From: Octopus vulgaris
Taxonomy: Eukaryota
Length of the DNA: 64,000 nt
Assembly: GCA_951406725.2 (NCBI GenBank)
Contig: OX597823.1
Span: forward strand, 90,954,001-91,018,000
Reading direction: 5' to 3'
Positions 12,175-27,506 of the stretch are shown piece after piece. Numbering within the stretch: position 1 is the stretch's first letter; each line of letters begins with the position of its first letter. A program made the position numbers and the translations under genes. The notes under the pieces were generated by a model that ran no database searches, was not told where the DNA came from, and saw only the letters and a program-made list of their open reading frames with translations.

Positions 12175-12699
12175 TATGTATATGTATATGAATGGATGCA
12201 TTTGTGTATATATGTGTGTTTGTGTTCATGTGTGTGTGTGTGTGTAGTAAAACTTAAATATGTTTGATAAGAGAGAAGAACATAAAGTTACTAATAACGA
12301 AACAGAACTGGAAATCTTGAGAATTGGTAAACAGTAAATCCTTCAGTTCCTGTGATTCCATAGGTTTCATGGAAGCTTACTTTGTTTTAATACGATAATA
12401 GCAGACTGCTACAGGATCATGAATTTGAGAAGACAGATAAGATATCAGAGAATGAGAACAACATATGCTACATTGCAGACAAGTGTATTTACTGGTGATG
12501 TACCAAAAAAGTAAAAATCAAAAAATGAGAGCTTGTTTATTGTTGATTGACCTGGTAGATATAGCAGCTAAATGTAAGCTAAATGTGATTCTACTGTTTT
12601 TAGAAAAATAAAAAAGGAAGAATGTATTTGAGTTTAATGTATATATCTAAAGATGCAGTACATGGACCTCTCGTCAGCATTGCATTCCAGGATCACTGT

Positions 12700-13363
12700 T
12701 TGTTTTGACACTTGTGATATTCACACATCCAGAGAACATGGCCTGTGTCCTTCAAAGATGAATGCATTTGAGGTCAGTATACCCGAAACATAGTTATGGT
12801 GGGGATTCTTTACATGGTGATGATGGTTGTGATGGTGATGGTGAGAAAGAGAAGAATGGTGACTGGTGGGGATATGAGTTCGTTCTGGATGGTTGAATCA
12901 TCCAACCCAAACTGTACTCTGTTGTACAGCTTGGATGTAAGCCACTGTGCAGCAAAAGTACCCGGCATTGGTTAACAGAAAGTGAGGTCTTCTTTATGAC
13001 GACAACGCAAAATTTCAAGTGACTAAACTGCAGGAACTTGAGGGAATTGAACTGATGTCACTCCCAGCATATAGTCCAGACGTGGCCCTCTCAGATAATT
13101 ACTTGTTCCAGTCCATGAATCACTTCCTGCACTCATGATGCTTCATCAACCAAGAGGTGATGAAAGCTTCATTGAAGGAATTCTTCACTTCTGAGGACAA
13201 GAACTGGTATCAGCATGGAATCAAAGAGCTGGCAGAAAGATGGTTTCAGACTCTGCAACATGATAGCTTCTATACTTTGAATGCCAGACTTCTTTTGTGG
13301 TAAATTAATGCATAAAACAAATAAGTTACCAAAATATTGCAAAACTTTTGACCTGACGCAATA
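12700..13363 (+). pseudogene. Degraded mariner-family transposase, 3' half
   Basis: Translates in pieces to LVNRK..LLYDDNA and PAYSPDVALSDNYLFQSMNHFL (cf. YSPDLAPSDYHLF), with stops and frameshifts. Confidence 0.7.
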
Positions 13364-13777
13364 AAATCTTTACACAGAATATTTTGTATTGAGTACTTTG
13401 TCAGTTAATGTGACCAATTATTTTTATGTTTTGTTATAAACTCAACTCACAACACTTAAAGTCAAGAAGTAATTATTGATTGTCTGATTAATCGATTACT
13501 TTTAAAGAACAGAAATACTGGTGACGTGTCTTTGAGAAGTTTGGCATTGTTAAAAATAGCAACGTTGGTTCTGTCTTGACAGATTTGTTCAATAATCAAA
13601 TCATTAAGATTTTACTGAGATCAATTATAGTTCCAGCTTGGTTCTTCATTCTCCAAGTATCTCATGGGCAGAATGATTGTGGTAAAGGGTTCAATTTTAG
13701 CATGCACCAACTGCAATCTTTTTCATCATGCATGAATGTGTGGTGAGAAGTACTTCTCAACAACATGGTACCTACAC

Positions 13778-13815
<38 letters not shown>

Positions 13816-14134
13816 TGTATGTATATATATATATATGTTTATATATGTGTGTGTGTATATATATATATTTATATGTATATATATATATATATATACATAT
13901 AAGATATGCAGCACGAAGTTTTGTCAGTGAACAGGTCGCGGTCTCAAAGCAACGAAAATATTTTGACAAATTAAATTTAAATGTTGAAGTGAATCTAACG
14001 GTTTTTGTGTCTTTCTTAAATGGCTTATAAACACCTTCCACGCTGCAATTGTTTTCGTTCCAGCACACGATCTCAGACCAAGTCACTTTCTATGCAAGTA
14101 CATCTCTGTGTATATATAATTTTAAAAAAAATAT

Positions 14135-14540
14135 ATATTCTTTTATTTGTTTCAGTCATTTGACTGTGGCAATGCTCGAGCGCCGCCTTTGTCTAGTAAA
14201 TCAATCCCTTGTAAGCCTAGTACTTATTCATTCGGTTCCTTTTGCTGAATTCTTAAGTTATAGGGATGTGAATATACCAGCATCGATTGTCAAGAGATGT
14301 TGTGGGGACAAACACAGACACACAAACACACATACATACACGTTCCCGTTCTTTGGACAATTTTGTTAGAATGGAACAGAAAAAAAAAAAAAAAACTGTC
14401 CAATGAACGGGAACCTGAAACACTGAGTAACAACTTTTGTTATATTTCTGCTGCTTTTAAATAAAGCATTTTACTCTACCTCTGGTATTTGAGTACTCTT
14501 TTCTCCACCTTGTTTCACATTTATGTGCTTACTCCAGTAC

Positions 14541-14579
<39 letters not shown>

Positions 14580-14737
14580 ACAAGCTTCTTTCAGTTTCTG
14601 TCCACCCAATCCACTCACAAGAATTTGGTCAGGCCAAGGCTATAGTAGAAGACACTTGCCCAAGGTGCCACGTAGTGGGACTGGACATGGAACCATGTGG
14701 TTGGTAAGCAAGCTACTCACCACACAGCAACTCCTGT
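14135..14737 (-). mobile_element. SINE family A split by a PLE-like remnant (14341-14545) in its internal microsatellite
   Basis: Tail at 14135-14340 and head at 14578-14737. The intervening sequence is absent from other family A copies. Confidence 0.75.
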
Positions 14738-17169
14738 GGTAAAAATTAAATATTAATTTTTTCCAGTGGCCAGCATTAGTAAAATGTCCGTAGGCTACAA
14801 ATATTATTGTATTATATACACACACACACATACATGCACACACGCATGCATGCACACACAGACACACACATCATTTCACACACACACATGCATGCACACA
14901 CACAGACACACACACAATTTCACACACACACACACATGCATGCACACGTACAGACAGACACACACAATTTCACTGACACACACACAGACAGACACACACA
15001 ATTTCATGCACACACAGATACATGCACACACGCATGCATGCACACATATGCATACACACACAGACACACACATACACACATGCATACAAGCACATACACA
15101 CACACGCATGCATACACACACATACATGCATGTCTCACTGATTCTACCTGAGAATTAGGCTAAGGGCTGACATTCCTGTCAAGTACTCAACCATGAGATG
15201 CTAGAAAATGATGTTTAGAGGCCCTGTGACATCTTACCTTCTGCACCTGTTCTTGACATCTTGACAAAACCATCTCTGACAATATTGGTTTCCAAGCAGT
15301 ATCAGTGGAAATCAGTGGATTTTCTCTTGGATAAGCACCAGAGGCAAAGAGAGGTGGGGGACACAAGAAGGAATGTGCAATTTCTGATTTTAACCACAAA
15401 GTATTAATCAAGCACTTTTACACAGATGAACAGGTACTTGGTGAAAAGTGACCAAAGGAAACCTGTTGCTGCTCTCTTCCTTGAACTACAAAACTTCGAT
15501 CAGAGCATTAACCGAAGCCACTTCCATAGTACGGAAAACTCTACGAAGTTCACAACCTCAGAGACACCTTCTTTGAATAATTAATAAAAAGGAAGAAGAA
15601 AAAATTTCTTCTTGCTGTGAATCTTTGGGAAACTAAAGAATCAAAGCAGAGATTTGTGTATGTGTGTGTGTGTGTGTGTGTGTTCAGCGCTTCTTTGGAT
15701 GATTCCGATGAACTAAAGACTTGGCTGGAATCTTCATATTTAATCTTATTCATAGCAGGAGTCTATTAAAGAATTATATATTTCAGTTTGATGTTGCAAA
15801 ATATATTAAAAGGAAACCATTATTTGCTGAAATGCGGGATGTATGGATGACGCATTTAGACGACATCAATATTCCAAAAGTTAGCAGTGATTTATCATCA
15901 TCATCATCATCAGCAGCAGCAGCAGCAGTAGTATTGTCATCATTCTCCTCATCGACAACGGCATCCATTATTATCATCATTATCGCTTTCGTTGTTGTTA
16001 TTGTTGTTGTTGTCATCGTCACCGTCTTCATCAGAATCTTCATCATCCACCTCCTCGCTTCTTCTCGCAACTCTTCTGCCTCCTTGCTCTTCTTCTTCTT
16101 CCCGCCCCTCCTCCTCCCTGCTCTCCCTCCTCCTCCGTGCTCCCCCTCCTCCTACGTGCTCTCCCCCTCCTCCTCCTCCTCCTCTTCCGTCTCTTCCTTG
16201 TCATCGGTGTCATCATCATCATCGTTATCCTCGTCGCTCATCTCCTCTTCTTCTCTGACACCTCAGCCTCCTCTGTGTCGTTGTCATTGTCACTGACTTC
16301 ACTGTCAGCATTATTGTCATCGCCACCACCAGCATCGACATTATCCACTTTTCCTCCTAAATCTCTTCATGATAATCTCCATCATCATCATCATCGTCAT
16401 CTTCAGTCATTCTTTCTTTGCTTTCTCATCCAATACTATCACCTCTGTCATCATTGTTATCCTTGTTACCATCATCATCATCATCACCAACACTGCAACC
16501 TTCTCCACCACCACCATCACAAGCACCATCACCACCACCACCACCACCACCACCCCCACCCCCACCACCACCACCACCACAAGCACAATCACCACCACCA
16601 CCACCACCACCATCACCACCACAACCAGCAGCTCCATCACCTCCACCCCCACCACCAACACTACCTCAACCACTACCACCACTACCTCCACCCCCAACCC
16701 CCAACCCCACCACCACCACCACCACCACCACCACCCACCACCACCACCACCACCACCACCACCACCACCACCACCACTACAACAACCACCACCACCATCA
16801 AAACAACAACTAACACCATCACCACAACCACCACCTCCATCACCTTCACCACTACCACCACCATCAACACCACCTCAACAACTACCACCACCATCTGTAC
16901 CCCCACCACATCCACCCCTCGACCATCCGTAGTCGTCACTGCCATTGTTGTCCTTGCTGCTATGAACAAATTGAATTCTATTTGTGTATAATTGCATGTG
17001 TGCAGATGCAAACAGAAAACTCAAATATACACAAATATACAAACATGATATATGGGACACCCTCCCCCCCCACCAAAACGAGTGTATATATTTATGTAAT
17101 TACATAATTGTTGTATATACTGCAAAGACATGCATGGCTCTCTTCTTCCTTCCTTCTTTTACATTCTGA

Positions 17170-17266
<97 letters not shown>

Positions 17267-17485
17267 GTATGAGTGTGTATGTATGTGTGTATGTATGTAT
17301 CTATATATACATACATGTATTTATTGTTGGCATAATGACCTTTGCAAAACACAGTATATATTGTGTATATACACATTAATATATGTGTGTATATAATTAT
17401 GTGCATATGTATAAATACATATGTGTGTATTTAAAGATATTTGCAAGTGTCTAAACATATGCATTTATGCAAATATCTTTCTCTA

Positions 17486-17543
<58 letters not shown>

Positions 17544-17667
17544 GTATATATACATACATATATATATGTATACATATATATATATATGTATATATGTACA
17601 TATATATATATATGTATATATATGTATATATATGCATATATATATGTATACATATATATATATTTGC

Positions 17668-17704
<37 letters not shown>

Positions 17705-18390
17705 CATATTTACACAGACAAAACATCTATTGCTTATGCTGTTGGGAAGTAGTAACCAATGAATCATATTGAATGATGGTGTTGTTGTTGTTGTCGTTGT
17801 TCTGTTGTTGATTTAAAATAACAAAAACCAAAACAAAAGACAAAAAAGAAACAAAATAAAAGAAAAAAACTCGACCAAAACAAACCCTGGTTTCCAATGA
17901 TTTCTGCATACAATGCTCACACACCAAGAGGAAACATGAAAATTGGGTTTTCAAATTGAGTAAATAATTTTGAGACATTTCTTTGAAGGTAGAGAGAGAT
18001 GGCAGTAATATGTGTACAAATCACCCATTAATGTATATACAGACACATATATACCCATACATGCATGTATACAGAAATACACGAATGTATATGCATATAT
18101 ATGTATATATGTGTGTGTGTGTGTGAGCATATAGATGTATGTATACATACACATATATGCATACATATACACTCATATATATTTGTATGTATACATTTTT
18201 CATGTGTATATATGTGTTTGTATATATATATATATTTATATATATATATATATATATATACATATAGGAGTTGTGTAAGGTTATGTATAACTATTCAACT
18301 AAATTATATTCCATGTCTGTGTGTGTATATACATATACATATATATATATATATACATACAAAGGTATAAGCATAAATATATACACTCAT

Positions 18391-18422
<32 letters not shown>

Positions 18423-18495
18423 GTATATATATATATATATATATATGTGTGTTTGTGTGTATATATGAGTGTATATATTTATGCTTATGCTTTTG

Positions 18496-18529
<34 letters not shown>

Positions 18530-19185
18530 TGTATGTATGTATGTATGTATGTATGTATGTATGTATGTATGTACGTATGTATGTAAGTATGTATGCATGT
18601 ATCTTCATGCATCTGTATGTATTTGAATGTACTTACATGAGAATTAGATTGTGTATATTAATATATTACACCTGTGTATGTATATTTTTAATCAATTGCC
18701 TATTGCATGTATATCACACACCTGTATGTGTGTGTGTGTGTAAATAAGAGAGTGTGTGTGTGTGTGTGTTTAGTTCACATTTGGCAGACCCACAGTCAGT
18801 TCTCAATGATGTTGGCTTTCTACAGAAAATGAACGAAACATTACAAATACTCAAAGATAGACATCTCCAGTTTATTTTCGGTGTTATAATTCATCTATTA
18901 TTATTGCCATATTCCTTTCATTTATCACTGTTTGTTGTTCCAGTTGCTGTTGCTGTTGTTGTTATGGTTGTTGGTGTTATTCTTGCGAGGTGGAATGGAT
19001 GTGTGCGATGGTGGAGGCGTCGGTCATCACACTTAACATTTTTTTAAATGTTCCCTCTTCTCCCCACTCCCTCTCTCCTTGCCTTAATTCTTCTCTCTGT
19101 CTCTCTCAGATTATGTCTCTATCTATCATTCTGTCACTTTCCGTATATCAGTGTCTATATATACATACATACATACATACATACA

Positions 19186-19219
<34 letters not shown>

Positions 19220-19559
19220 CATCATCATACACACATACATGCATACATACACATATATATACACACACACACACATATATATATATACACACATATAAAC
19301 ACACACACACACACATATAGGTATGTATGTGTGTATTTATGTATGTGTGTGTGTGCGTACATATGTCTTTATAAACAAGTTTACATATAGATATATACAT
19401 ATACATACATGTACACACACAGCACACACTCATATATATGTATATATATATATACATACACATGTTTAAATACATACATATATATATATATGTATATATA
19501 TTTGTATACATATATATATATTTTTTGTATATATTTTTATATACATATCATTAAGTACT

Positions 19560-19624
<65 letters not shown>

Positions 19625-19762
19625 CTGTATGTTCATACATGCAAGCATCTGTTATGTATCTGTTATAGCCTAATCTATAGATATTTTTTATAATTTGGCA
19701 TGCTAATAAAGATCTGAGATTGATAAGTCGTGTTCATGTGTGTGTATCTCTAAATATATGAT

Positions 19763-19805
<43 letters not shown>

Positions 19806-19989
19806 CGTGTGTGAGTGTTTTCGTGTTTTCTGCCTATGTATAAATGCGTATGCATATGTATATGTTTCACACTATGTGTTTATGTGTGTGTATGTGTGTA
19901 GCTGTCTGTGTTTGAAGTTTTGGTTTTTAATCTTTCTCTGATTTCATGGCAGCTTATGTTTTGTATGAATAAGATACCTACTGATTCAC

Positions 19990-20049
<60 letters not shown>

Positions 20050-20162
20050 CATACACATACACATACACACACATGGACGCAGACATGCATGCAGACATAA
20101 ACACACAATCACATATATTCTAGTATGGATATAAACATGTCTATGTATATATATATATGTAC

Positions 20163-20256
<94 letters not shown>

Positions 20257-21449
20257 GTGTGTGTGTACATATATACATGCATGTTTGTCTGTTAATGTGG
20301 TTGTGTGTGTGCATATGTGTCTGTTTGTCTGTCTGCCAGTCTCTCTCCCCCTCCTTCCCTCCCTCTCTCTCTCACTCTCTCTCTCTCCCTATATATATAC
20401 ATAGGATAGATAGCTCTGTGTGTTACTGTGCGTATATGTTCACACACATGCACACACACTCACACACACACACATGTGCACACACACACACACACGCAGA
20501 CACCCACCCACCAACTCACACAAGCACACACGCACACACACAAACAGTCAACCCTACCCCTAGATATTTGTCTATTTATTCTGACTGTTGAATGACGAAA
20601 AGAAAACCAAAATGCCAAAAAAGATAACTTCAAATCTTCTCTTCGCTTTCAATTTTCCAAACTTCCATTTTAGTTCAAGTTCAGTTGAACAGATAAGACA
20701 ATGGACATTGTCATCGTCATCATCATCATCATCATCACCATAATTACCATCATTCCCATCATCATTATCGTCATCATCAACATCATCATCCTCACCATAA
20801 CAATCATCATCACCATCATCATTATCACCATAATCATCATCATCATCATCACCACCACCACCACCACCACCACCATCATCGTCGTCATCATCATCATCAC
20901 CACCACCACCACCACCACCACCACCATCATCATCGTCGTCATCATCACCATAGTCATCATCATCACCATAGTCATCATCATCATCATCCTCAGCAGCAGC
21001 AGCATCACTATCATCAGCATCAGCATCACCACCACCACCACCACCGCCAACACCATCATCATCATCTTTGTTGTTGTTTTTGTTATTGCCATTATCCTTC
21101 TTTTCATTGTCAGTCATTTCAATCACCCTTCATCATCATTATGATTATCCTTGTTGTCATCATCATCATCATCTCTCCACCATTTCTCCCCCCTTTCCCT
21201 GCTTCTATATCTTAATCTTCCTCTTTTTTTGTTTCAGCTCCATCCATCTCCTCTCAGCCTCCTCTACTTCATAAGTCTCATCTATGTCATTATTCCCATA
21301 TTCATCATCATTACTACTATCATCATATTGATAATGTTGACTATATATATATTTACACACACACACACATGTATGTATATGTGTATGTATATGTGTATGT
21401 ATGTATATATGTATATATGTGTATGCATGTATTTATGTGTGTGCATATA

Positions 21450-22470
21450 TCTTTATATATATAAAACCGAGAATGTGTGTCAGTCTGTCAGTCTGTCTGT
21501 GTGTTTCCCTAAAACTTGAGAACTACACAACCAATTTCATTCAAATTTTACACATGCCTTACTTGGCAAAAAACATTTTGAACTTTTTGCCTAGGGCGAG
21601 CCCACAGCAACATCATATCTTCTCCACTATGATTCCCTAAAACTTGAGAACTACACAACTAATTCCATTCAAATTTTACACATGCCTTACTTAGGGTCCA
21701 TGTAGTTTCATGGGCAAATAAAAAAATGTTCAACTTCTTGCCTAGAGTGAGCCCCTAGCAATATCATATCTTCTCCACTATTTCAGTATTACGTGTTAAA
21801 ATTGAAACAAAAATATTTCTCTGTTTTATGTCAGATACTTTCACTTTAACAATAAAAATAATAATAACAATTGAATTATATGTAGTAAGTAATAATTAAA
21901 ATCAAACTAAAGTAACATAACAAAAGTAAAAATAGCAATTGGTATAAAATTGCATCAATGATTTGAACTTGAATAAGTGGCTTCACATGAATGGGAATAA
22001 ATTAAAAATAAAATTAGCGTGCAGAAATGGAATTGTCCAGATGGATAATAAAAAATTAAATTAAAGAAAAGACTATTGTCTATAAAGTATACAATGTAGA
22101 GAAAAAAGATTTGAACACCTGGAGGAAAACACCTTCGAAAAGTGTCTTGGTGTAACTATGAAAGGTATCTAATCAGAGGCGGTAAATTCGCCACAATAGA
22201 AGCAAGGTTCGAGTCAACGGAGCGTGCAAGGTAGTACTCGACTTGAACTTGCAAAGTGAAAATATTTTATTTTTAAATTTATATCTGGGACGTAGGACGT
22301 CCTGGAAAAAAATTTTAAATGCCCCCCCACCCACCCCCGAAGTAGAGGTTGGCTGGATTGTAGCCACACTTCTATACAAGAGGGAGGACAAGATACAATT
22401 GATCAAAATTACAAGAGACGGGCTAACAATTCCAGTCTGTTATATATTTTGAGTAATGTTATCACTAGCG
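21450..22470 (+). mobile_element. Probable non-autonomous Helitron-type element with an internal ~130 bp tandem duplication
   Basis: Begins A|TCTTTATATATATAAAA then (GTCT)n, like 57650. TTCCCTAAAACTTGAGAACTACACAAC occurs at ~21505 and ~21633. 3' boundary uncertain. Confidence 0.5.
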
Positions 22471-22610
22471 ATATCAAGATATAACTTTGTATTTTGTATT
22501 TTATGTGTAGATATATATATATAGATGTACATGTAATATGTACACATATATATACACATATATACATGCACTAGCACTATGACCCGGCAACGATTGGTCT
22601 TTAATGCTAG

Positions 22611-22645
<35 letters not shown>

Positions 22646-22749
22646 ATAAAATATATAAATATACAAAAATATAATAATAATAATAGTAGTAATAATAATA
22701 ATGATGATGATGATGATGATGATAATAATAATAATAGTAATAATAATAA

Positions 22750-22920
22750 GCAGAAAGTAACAAGTGCTGAATCTGTGGACAAAACGGTGAAACCATATGG
22801 CATATTACCAGCCAATGTATGCCTCTAGCCCAGAATGAATATAAAAGATGCCACAACAATATAGCAAGGCTTGTTCATTGGACAGAGCAAAATATTGGTA
22901 TGACCACAAACCTGAAGGCA
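22750..22920 (+). pseudogene. Dong/R4-like RLE retrotransposon fragment (CCHC zinc knuckle)
   Basis: Translates KC*ICGQNGETIWHITSQCMPLAQNEYKRCHNNIARLVHW (C-x2-C-x8-H-x4-C then an RHN-like motif), directly after (TAA)n. Confidence 0.75.
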
Positions 22921-23499
22921 TCCAATACAAAATTCTGCCATGAATGCTTTCACGTTGGAGTGTACAGGAACCTGTTTAAAATATATGTACACCCCATTAT
23001 TATGATCCACACTGGCTCATTTGCTTATCCTCAATTGATTCCAACCAGGGTAAGTCTCAGTACACATTGGCAAATATACTGTTTGCCGCTTTCTATAAGT
23101 AGGAACAAAAGTTCTGGCTTAGTTCCAACTGATTGAGGTGATGCTTGTCACTGAGGAGGTGAAATCATGCTGAAACACTATCTAATCGTCCACTGATAAT
23201 TTCTAGAGTTTGGCTTGATCCTTTTGCCCTCAATACCTATAGATAAAAGTTTTCCTTTGACAAAATCATACAGAGAAAGCCTTTCATGTTCTAATATTCA
23301 GGAAGATGTTAAAAATGCATTCACAGATTTGCGTTTTGCTCCCTACTGTGCCACAACACAGCCATGATGGATATGGACAAGATGGGTCAGCAAACAAATG
23401 GCTAAGTTGCTGTCATGGAAACGACTGTCACATTTAAATGATGGCCCCAATCCAATGAACCTGCGAGGCTAAGGTATCTTGGATAAGTGAGGCACGAAG

Positions 23500-23815
23500 A
23501 CACCATGGCTTAGTTGTTAGGACATTTGATTCACAATCATAAGATCATGGGTTCAATTCTTGGCAGTTCATTTTGTCCTTGAGCAAGGTACTTTATTTTC
23601 TATTGCTCCTGTCCACTCAGCTGGCAAATATGAGTTGTACCTGTATTTTAATGGACCAGTCTTGTTACACTCTGTGTCATGTTGAATCTCCTTGAGAACT
23701 ACATTAAAAGTATATACGTGTCTGTGGAGTACTCAGCCACTTGTACATTAATTTCATGATCAGGCTGTTCCATTGATTGGATCAACTGGAACATACATTG
23801 TTATAACAGTGTCAG
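23500..23815 (+). mobile_element. tRNA-derived SINE family D
   Basis: TGGCTTAGTTGTTAGG, GGGTTCAATTC, then GTCCTTGAGCAAGGTAC. Homologous to 38842-39010 and 51050-51725. Confidence 0.75.
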
Positions 23816-24463
23816 TTATTTACATAAGTGAAGCTCAAACTATATCCGTAAACATCATTCACAAGACATGAGGGCCTTCAACTGTTTTCATTCTGTCACA
23901 ATCATTTGAACCGCATTCCTACATGTTGCCGTTTCCCTTTTCTTCCATCGTCATTTGAAGCCATGCAAAACAACCATTGGATTTGCTATTTTTCTTCAGA
24001 CTTAACCATGCCACCAAAACCAAAAAAATTCCTCAAGACTAAGACGTAACAAACAGAACATTATTCCGTGATATGCATGATTAGGAATTTGTCTCCTGAG
24101 AATTTGAATAGAATCGTCTCCAACCATTAAATGGCCTTCGTGTCGTTAGAGTCTTTTGTCTGGATTCTGGGAGCTTCACAGCAAGACTTGCATGTCAGGT
24201 CTGGTTAATTGATGACTTTACCGAAATAAAATGCTGCCTGTTTCTCAGTAGTTAATTCACATGATATATAGATTAGATTCTAAAGAAATATATCTGTGTA
24301 TATATATATATATATATATGTATGTATATATGTATATATATGTGTGTGCATGTGTGACTAGAATTATATGTATGTGTGTGTGTGTTTGCAATTATTTCTG
24401 TAGATGTGCAAGTATACATATATACATGTATTTGTATATATAATTTTAATATATATGTATATA

Positions 24464-24499
<36 letters not shown>

Positions 24500-24623
24500 C
24501 ACATACAGATATTTATGCTGATATATACATGTATATGTGTGTATGTATGTGCCTATGTATATGTGTATATATGTGCGTGTGTATGTTTGTGTATGTATAT
24601 GTATGTCAGCATGTGTGTATGTA

Positions 24624-24664
<41 letters not shown>

Positions 24665-24666
<2 letters not shown>

Positions 24667-25055
24667 TTTAATTCTTTTACTTGTTTCAGTCATTTGACTG
24701 CAGCCATGCTGGAGCACTGCCTTTAGTCAAGCAAATCAACTCCAGAACTTACTCTTTGTAAGCCTAGTACTTATTCTATCAGTCTCTTTCACCAAACTGC
24801 TAAGTTACAGGGATGTAAACACACCAGCATCAGTTGTCCCGTGATGGAGGAAGGACAAACACACACACGCACACACACACATGCACATATATGACAGGCT
24901 TCTTTCAGTTTCCATCTACCAAATCTACTCACAAGGCTTTTGTCAGCCTGAAGCTATAGTAGAAGACACTTACCCAAGGTGCCAAGTAGAGGGACTGAAC
25001 TCGGAACCATGAGGTTGGTAAGCAAGCTACTTACCATGCATCCACTCCTGCACCT
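24665..25055 (-). mobile_element. SINE family A, full length
   Basis: Colinear with 53235-53640. Confidence 0.85.
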
Positions 25056-25609
25056 ATATATCTCTTATTATAATATATAATATAAATAATGTATACATAT
25101 ATATATATATGCATATTTACAGACGTATATGTACATACTTACATCTATACGTATATATATATAAAAGCATATGTGGGCACTGGACGTCACGAAATGTGTA
25201 CAACTGAACAATATGAAGTACAAGTACATGGAATATGAATGATTTTTTTGAACAATGAAAGACACAAATGGAAAACACAAACAAACAACGCAAAGAACGA
25301 CCATTTATCAGTTGTTGGTTGTTTTTCTAGTCTTGTATTTTGAGCACATATATGTATTTATACATGTGTATATACGTATTGGTGGGGGCACGTTCAGGGA
25401 ACATAGTGTTTACAGGACTCAACTTCTCAAGGGACTGGAAGGAACATGATCCCTCTGTCGTACTGTTTGTACCATTATCAAGAAATTCCATCTCCCCCAC
25501 CCCCACCAGTGAACCTGAGCAAAAATAGCAAAATGCAAGAAAAAATAAAATAAAATATAGCGAAAAAATACAAAGCACAATATAAATTAAAAATGAAAGA
25601 AATAAACAA

Positions 25610-26045
25610 CGTGACTGCATGGTAAGTAGTTTGCTTCCTAACCACATGGATCCAGGTTCAGTCTCACTGCATGGCACCTTGGACAAGTGTTTTGTTCAAT
25701 AGGCAAAGGCCAACTGAAGCCTTGTGAGTGGATTTAGTGCATAAAACCCGAAAGAAGTCCATAATATATGTATATATATGTGTGTGTGCTTGTGTATATG
25801 TGTGTGTGTGTGTGAGAGATTCTGTGTCGGTGTTTGTCTTCAACCATCACTGGACAACTGCTGTTGGTGTGGTTATGTCCCCTCATAACTTAGAGGATTG
25901 GCAATGGAGCCCAACAGAATAAATAACAGGCTTAAAAAACAAAACAAAATAATTACTGGGGTCACTTCATTCAACTAAAAAAATTTTTCAAAGTGGTGCT
26001 CCAGCATGGCCACAGTCTATTGCCTGAAATGAGCAACAAGAGAAA
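25610..26045 (+). mobile_element. SINE family A, diverged
   Basis: TGGTAAGTAGTTTGCTTC...GGTTCAGTCTCACTGCATGGCACCTTGGACAAGTG...GTGCTCCAGCATGGCCACAG. Confidence 0.8.
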
Positions 26046-26080
26046 AAACAAGAAGTATCACCATTATTTGCCTACTTCTA

Positions 26081-26612
26081 AGGCAGTGGGCTGGCAGAAA
26101 TGTTAGCATGCTGAGTGAAATGCCTAGTGGTATTTTGTCTGCCGCTATGTTCTGAGTTCAAATTCTGCCAAGGTCGACTTTGCCTTTCATCCTTTCGAGG
26201 TTGATTAAATAAGTACCAGTTATTCATTGGGGTCGATGTAATCGACTTAATCCCTTTGTCTGTCCTTGTTTGTCCTCTCTGTGTTTAGCCCCTTGTGGGT
26301 AGTAAAGAAATAGGTATTTCGTCTGCTCTTACGTTCTGAGTTCAAATTCTGCTGAGGTCGACTTTGCCTTTCATCCTTTTGGGGTCGATTAAATAAGTAC
26401 CAGTTACACACTGGGGTCGATATAATCCCTTTATGGGTAGTAATCCCTTTATGGGTAGTATAATCTCTTTATGGGTAGTAAAGAAATAGGTATTTTGTCT
26501 GTCCTTACATTCTGAATTCAAATTAAGTAGCAGTTGCATAATGGGGTTGATCGAATTGACAGACCCCTGCCCCCAAAATTTCAGGCCTTGTGCTTAGAGT
26601 AGAAAAGAATAT
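26081..26612 (+). mobile_element. SINE family B head-to-tail trimer with a single head
   Basis: Junctions AAGAAATAGGTATTT(C/T)GTCTG at ~26305 and ~26481. Confidence 0.85.
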
Positions 26613-27200
26613 TTACCTACTCCAACTATCTCTTCCACATTTTGTCAAACAGCGCCAAAGACTTTATCTCACTTCAAAGAATGTGTTGTCATTTCCTTGC
26701 CATAATTTGGTGCTGTGACAGTAGAGTTGTCGAAGAAATGGTCAAAGGTTACTCATTTCTATGTCAAAGTGTGAATTTACGCACGACAATCTAGTTATCT
26801 ATTTACCTAAATATATTGATTATACAGGGTAATTTTATTCACGAATAGATAATTCAATTAGTGTTATTTTAATTACATAAGCTAGAAAAGAAAAAGAAGG
26901 AAAAAATTAATAAAAATATAATGCATATTTTTTTCATTAACTAAATTAGCAACGTAATAAGAAGATAAAAAAATGAACTGTAACGAAAGAAAAACTGTAC
27001 AAAGAACACGGTCGGATGCAATAATGGTGATTAGTGTGTATGTATACATGTGTGTATGTGTATATAGACATTTGGGTGTATATACACATATATATATATA
27101 TATGTATTTGTGTGTGTCTCTGTGTGTATATATCTATTTATATGTCTGTGTATACAGACATATGTGTCTATATTCATCTGTATGCATGTATACACAAACA

Positions 27201-27259
<59 letters not shown>

Positions 27260-27452
27260 TTGTGCATGAGTGTATAGATGTATGTGCACATATAATTTTT
27301 ATGTATGTATATACATATATATGTATTTGTGTGTGTGTGTGCATGTATTTATATATATATATATATACATGTATATATATAAATGTATTTGTGTATGTAT
27401 ACTTGAACATATATAGGTATATATGTATAATATATATATATTTATATATATA

Positions 27453-27506
<54 letters not shown>

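Noticed and set aside
15238-15880. Short exon candidates (15238-15325 minus; 15787-15840 plus)
   Set aside because: Only one convincing splice site each and no recognisable peptide; not supportable without RNA data.
10377-20591. Many YI/HT/CV-repeat ORFs
   Set aside because: Translations of (TA)n and (CA)n microsatellites.
26081-26612. CRISPR-like repeat array
   Set aside because: Eukaryotic context, units are whole SINE bodies without unique spacers, and there are no cas genes.
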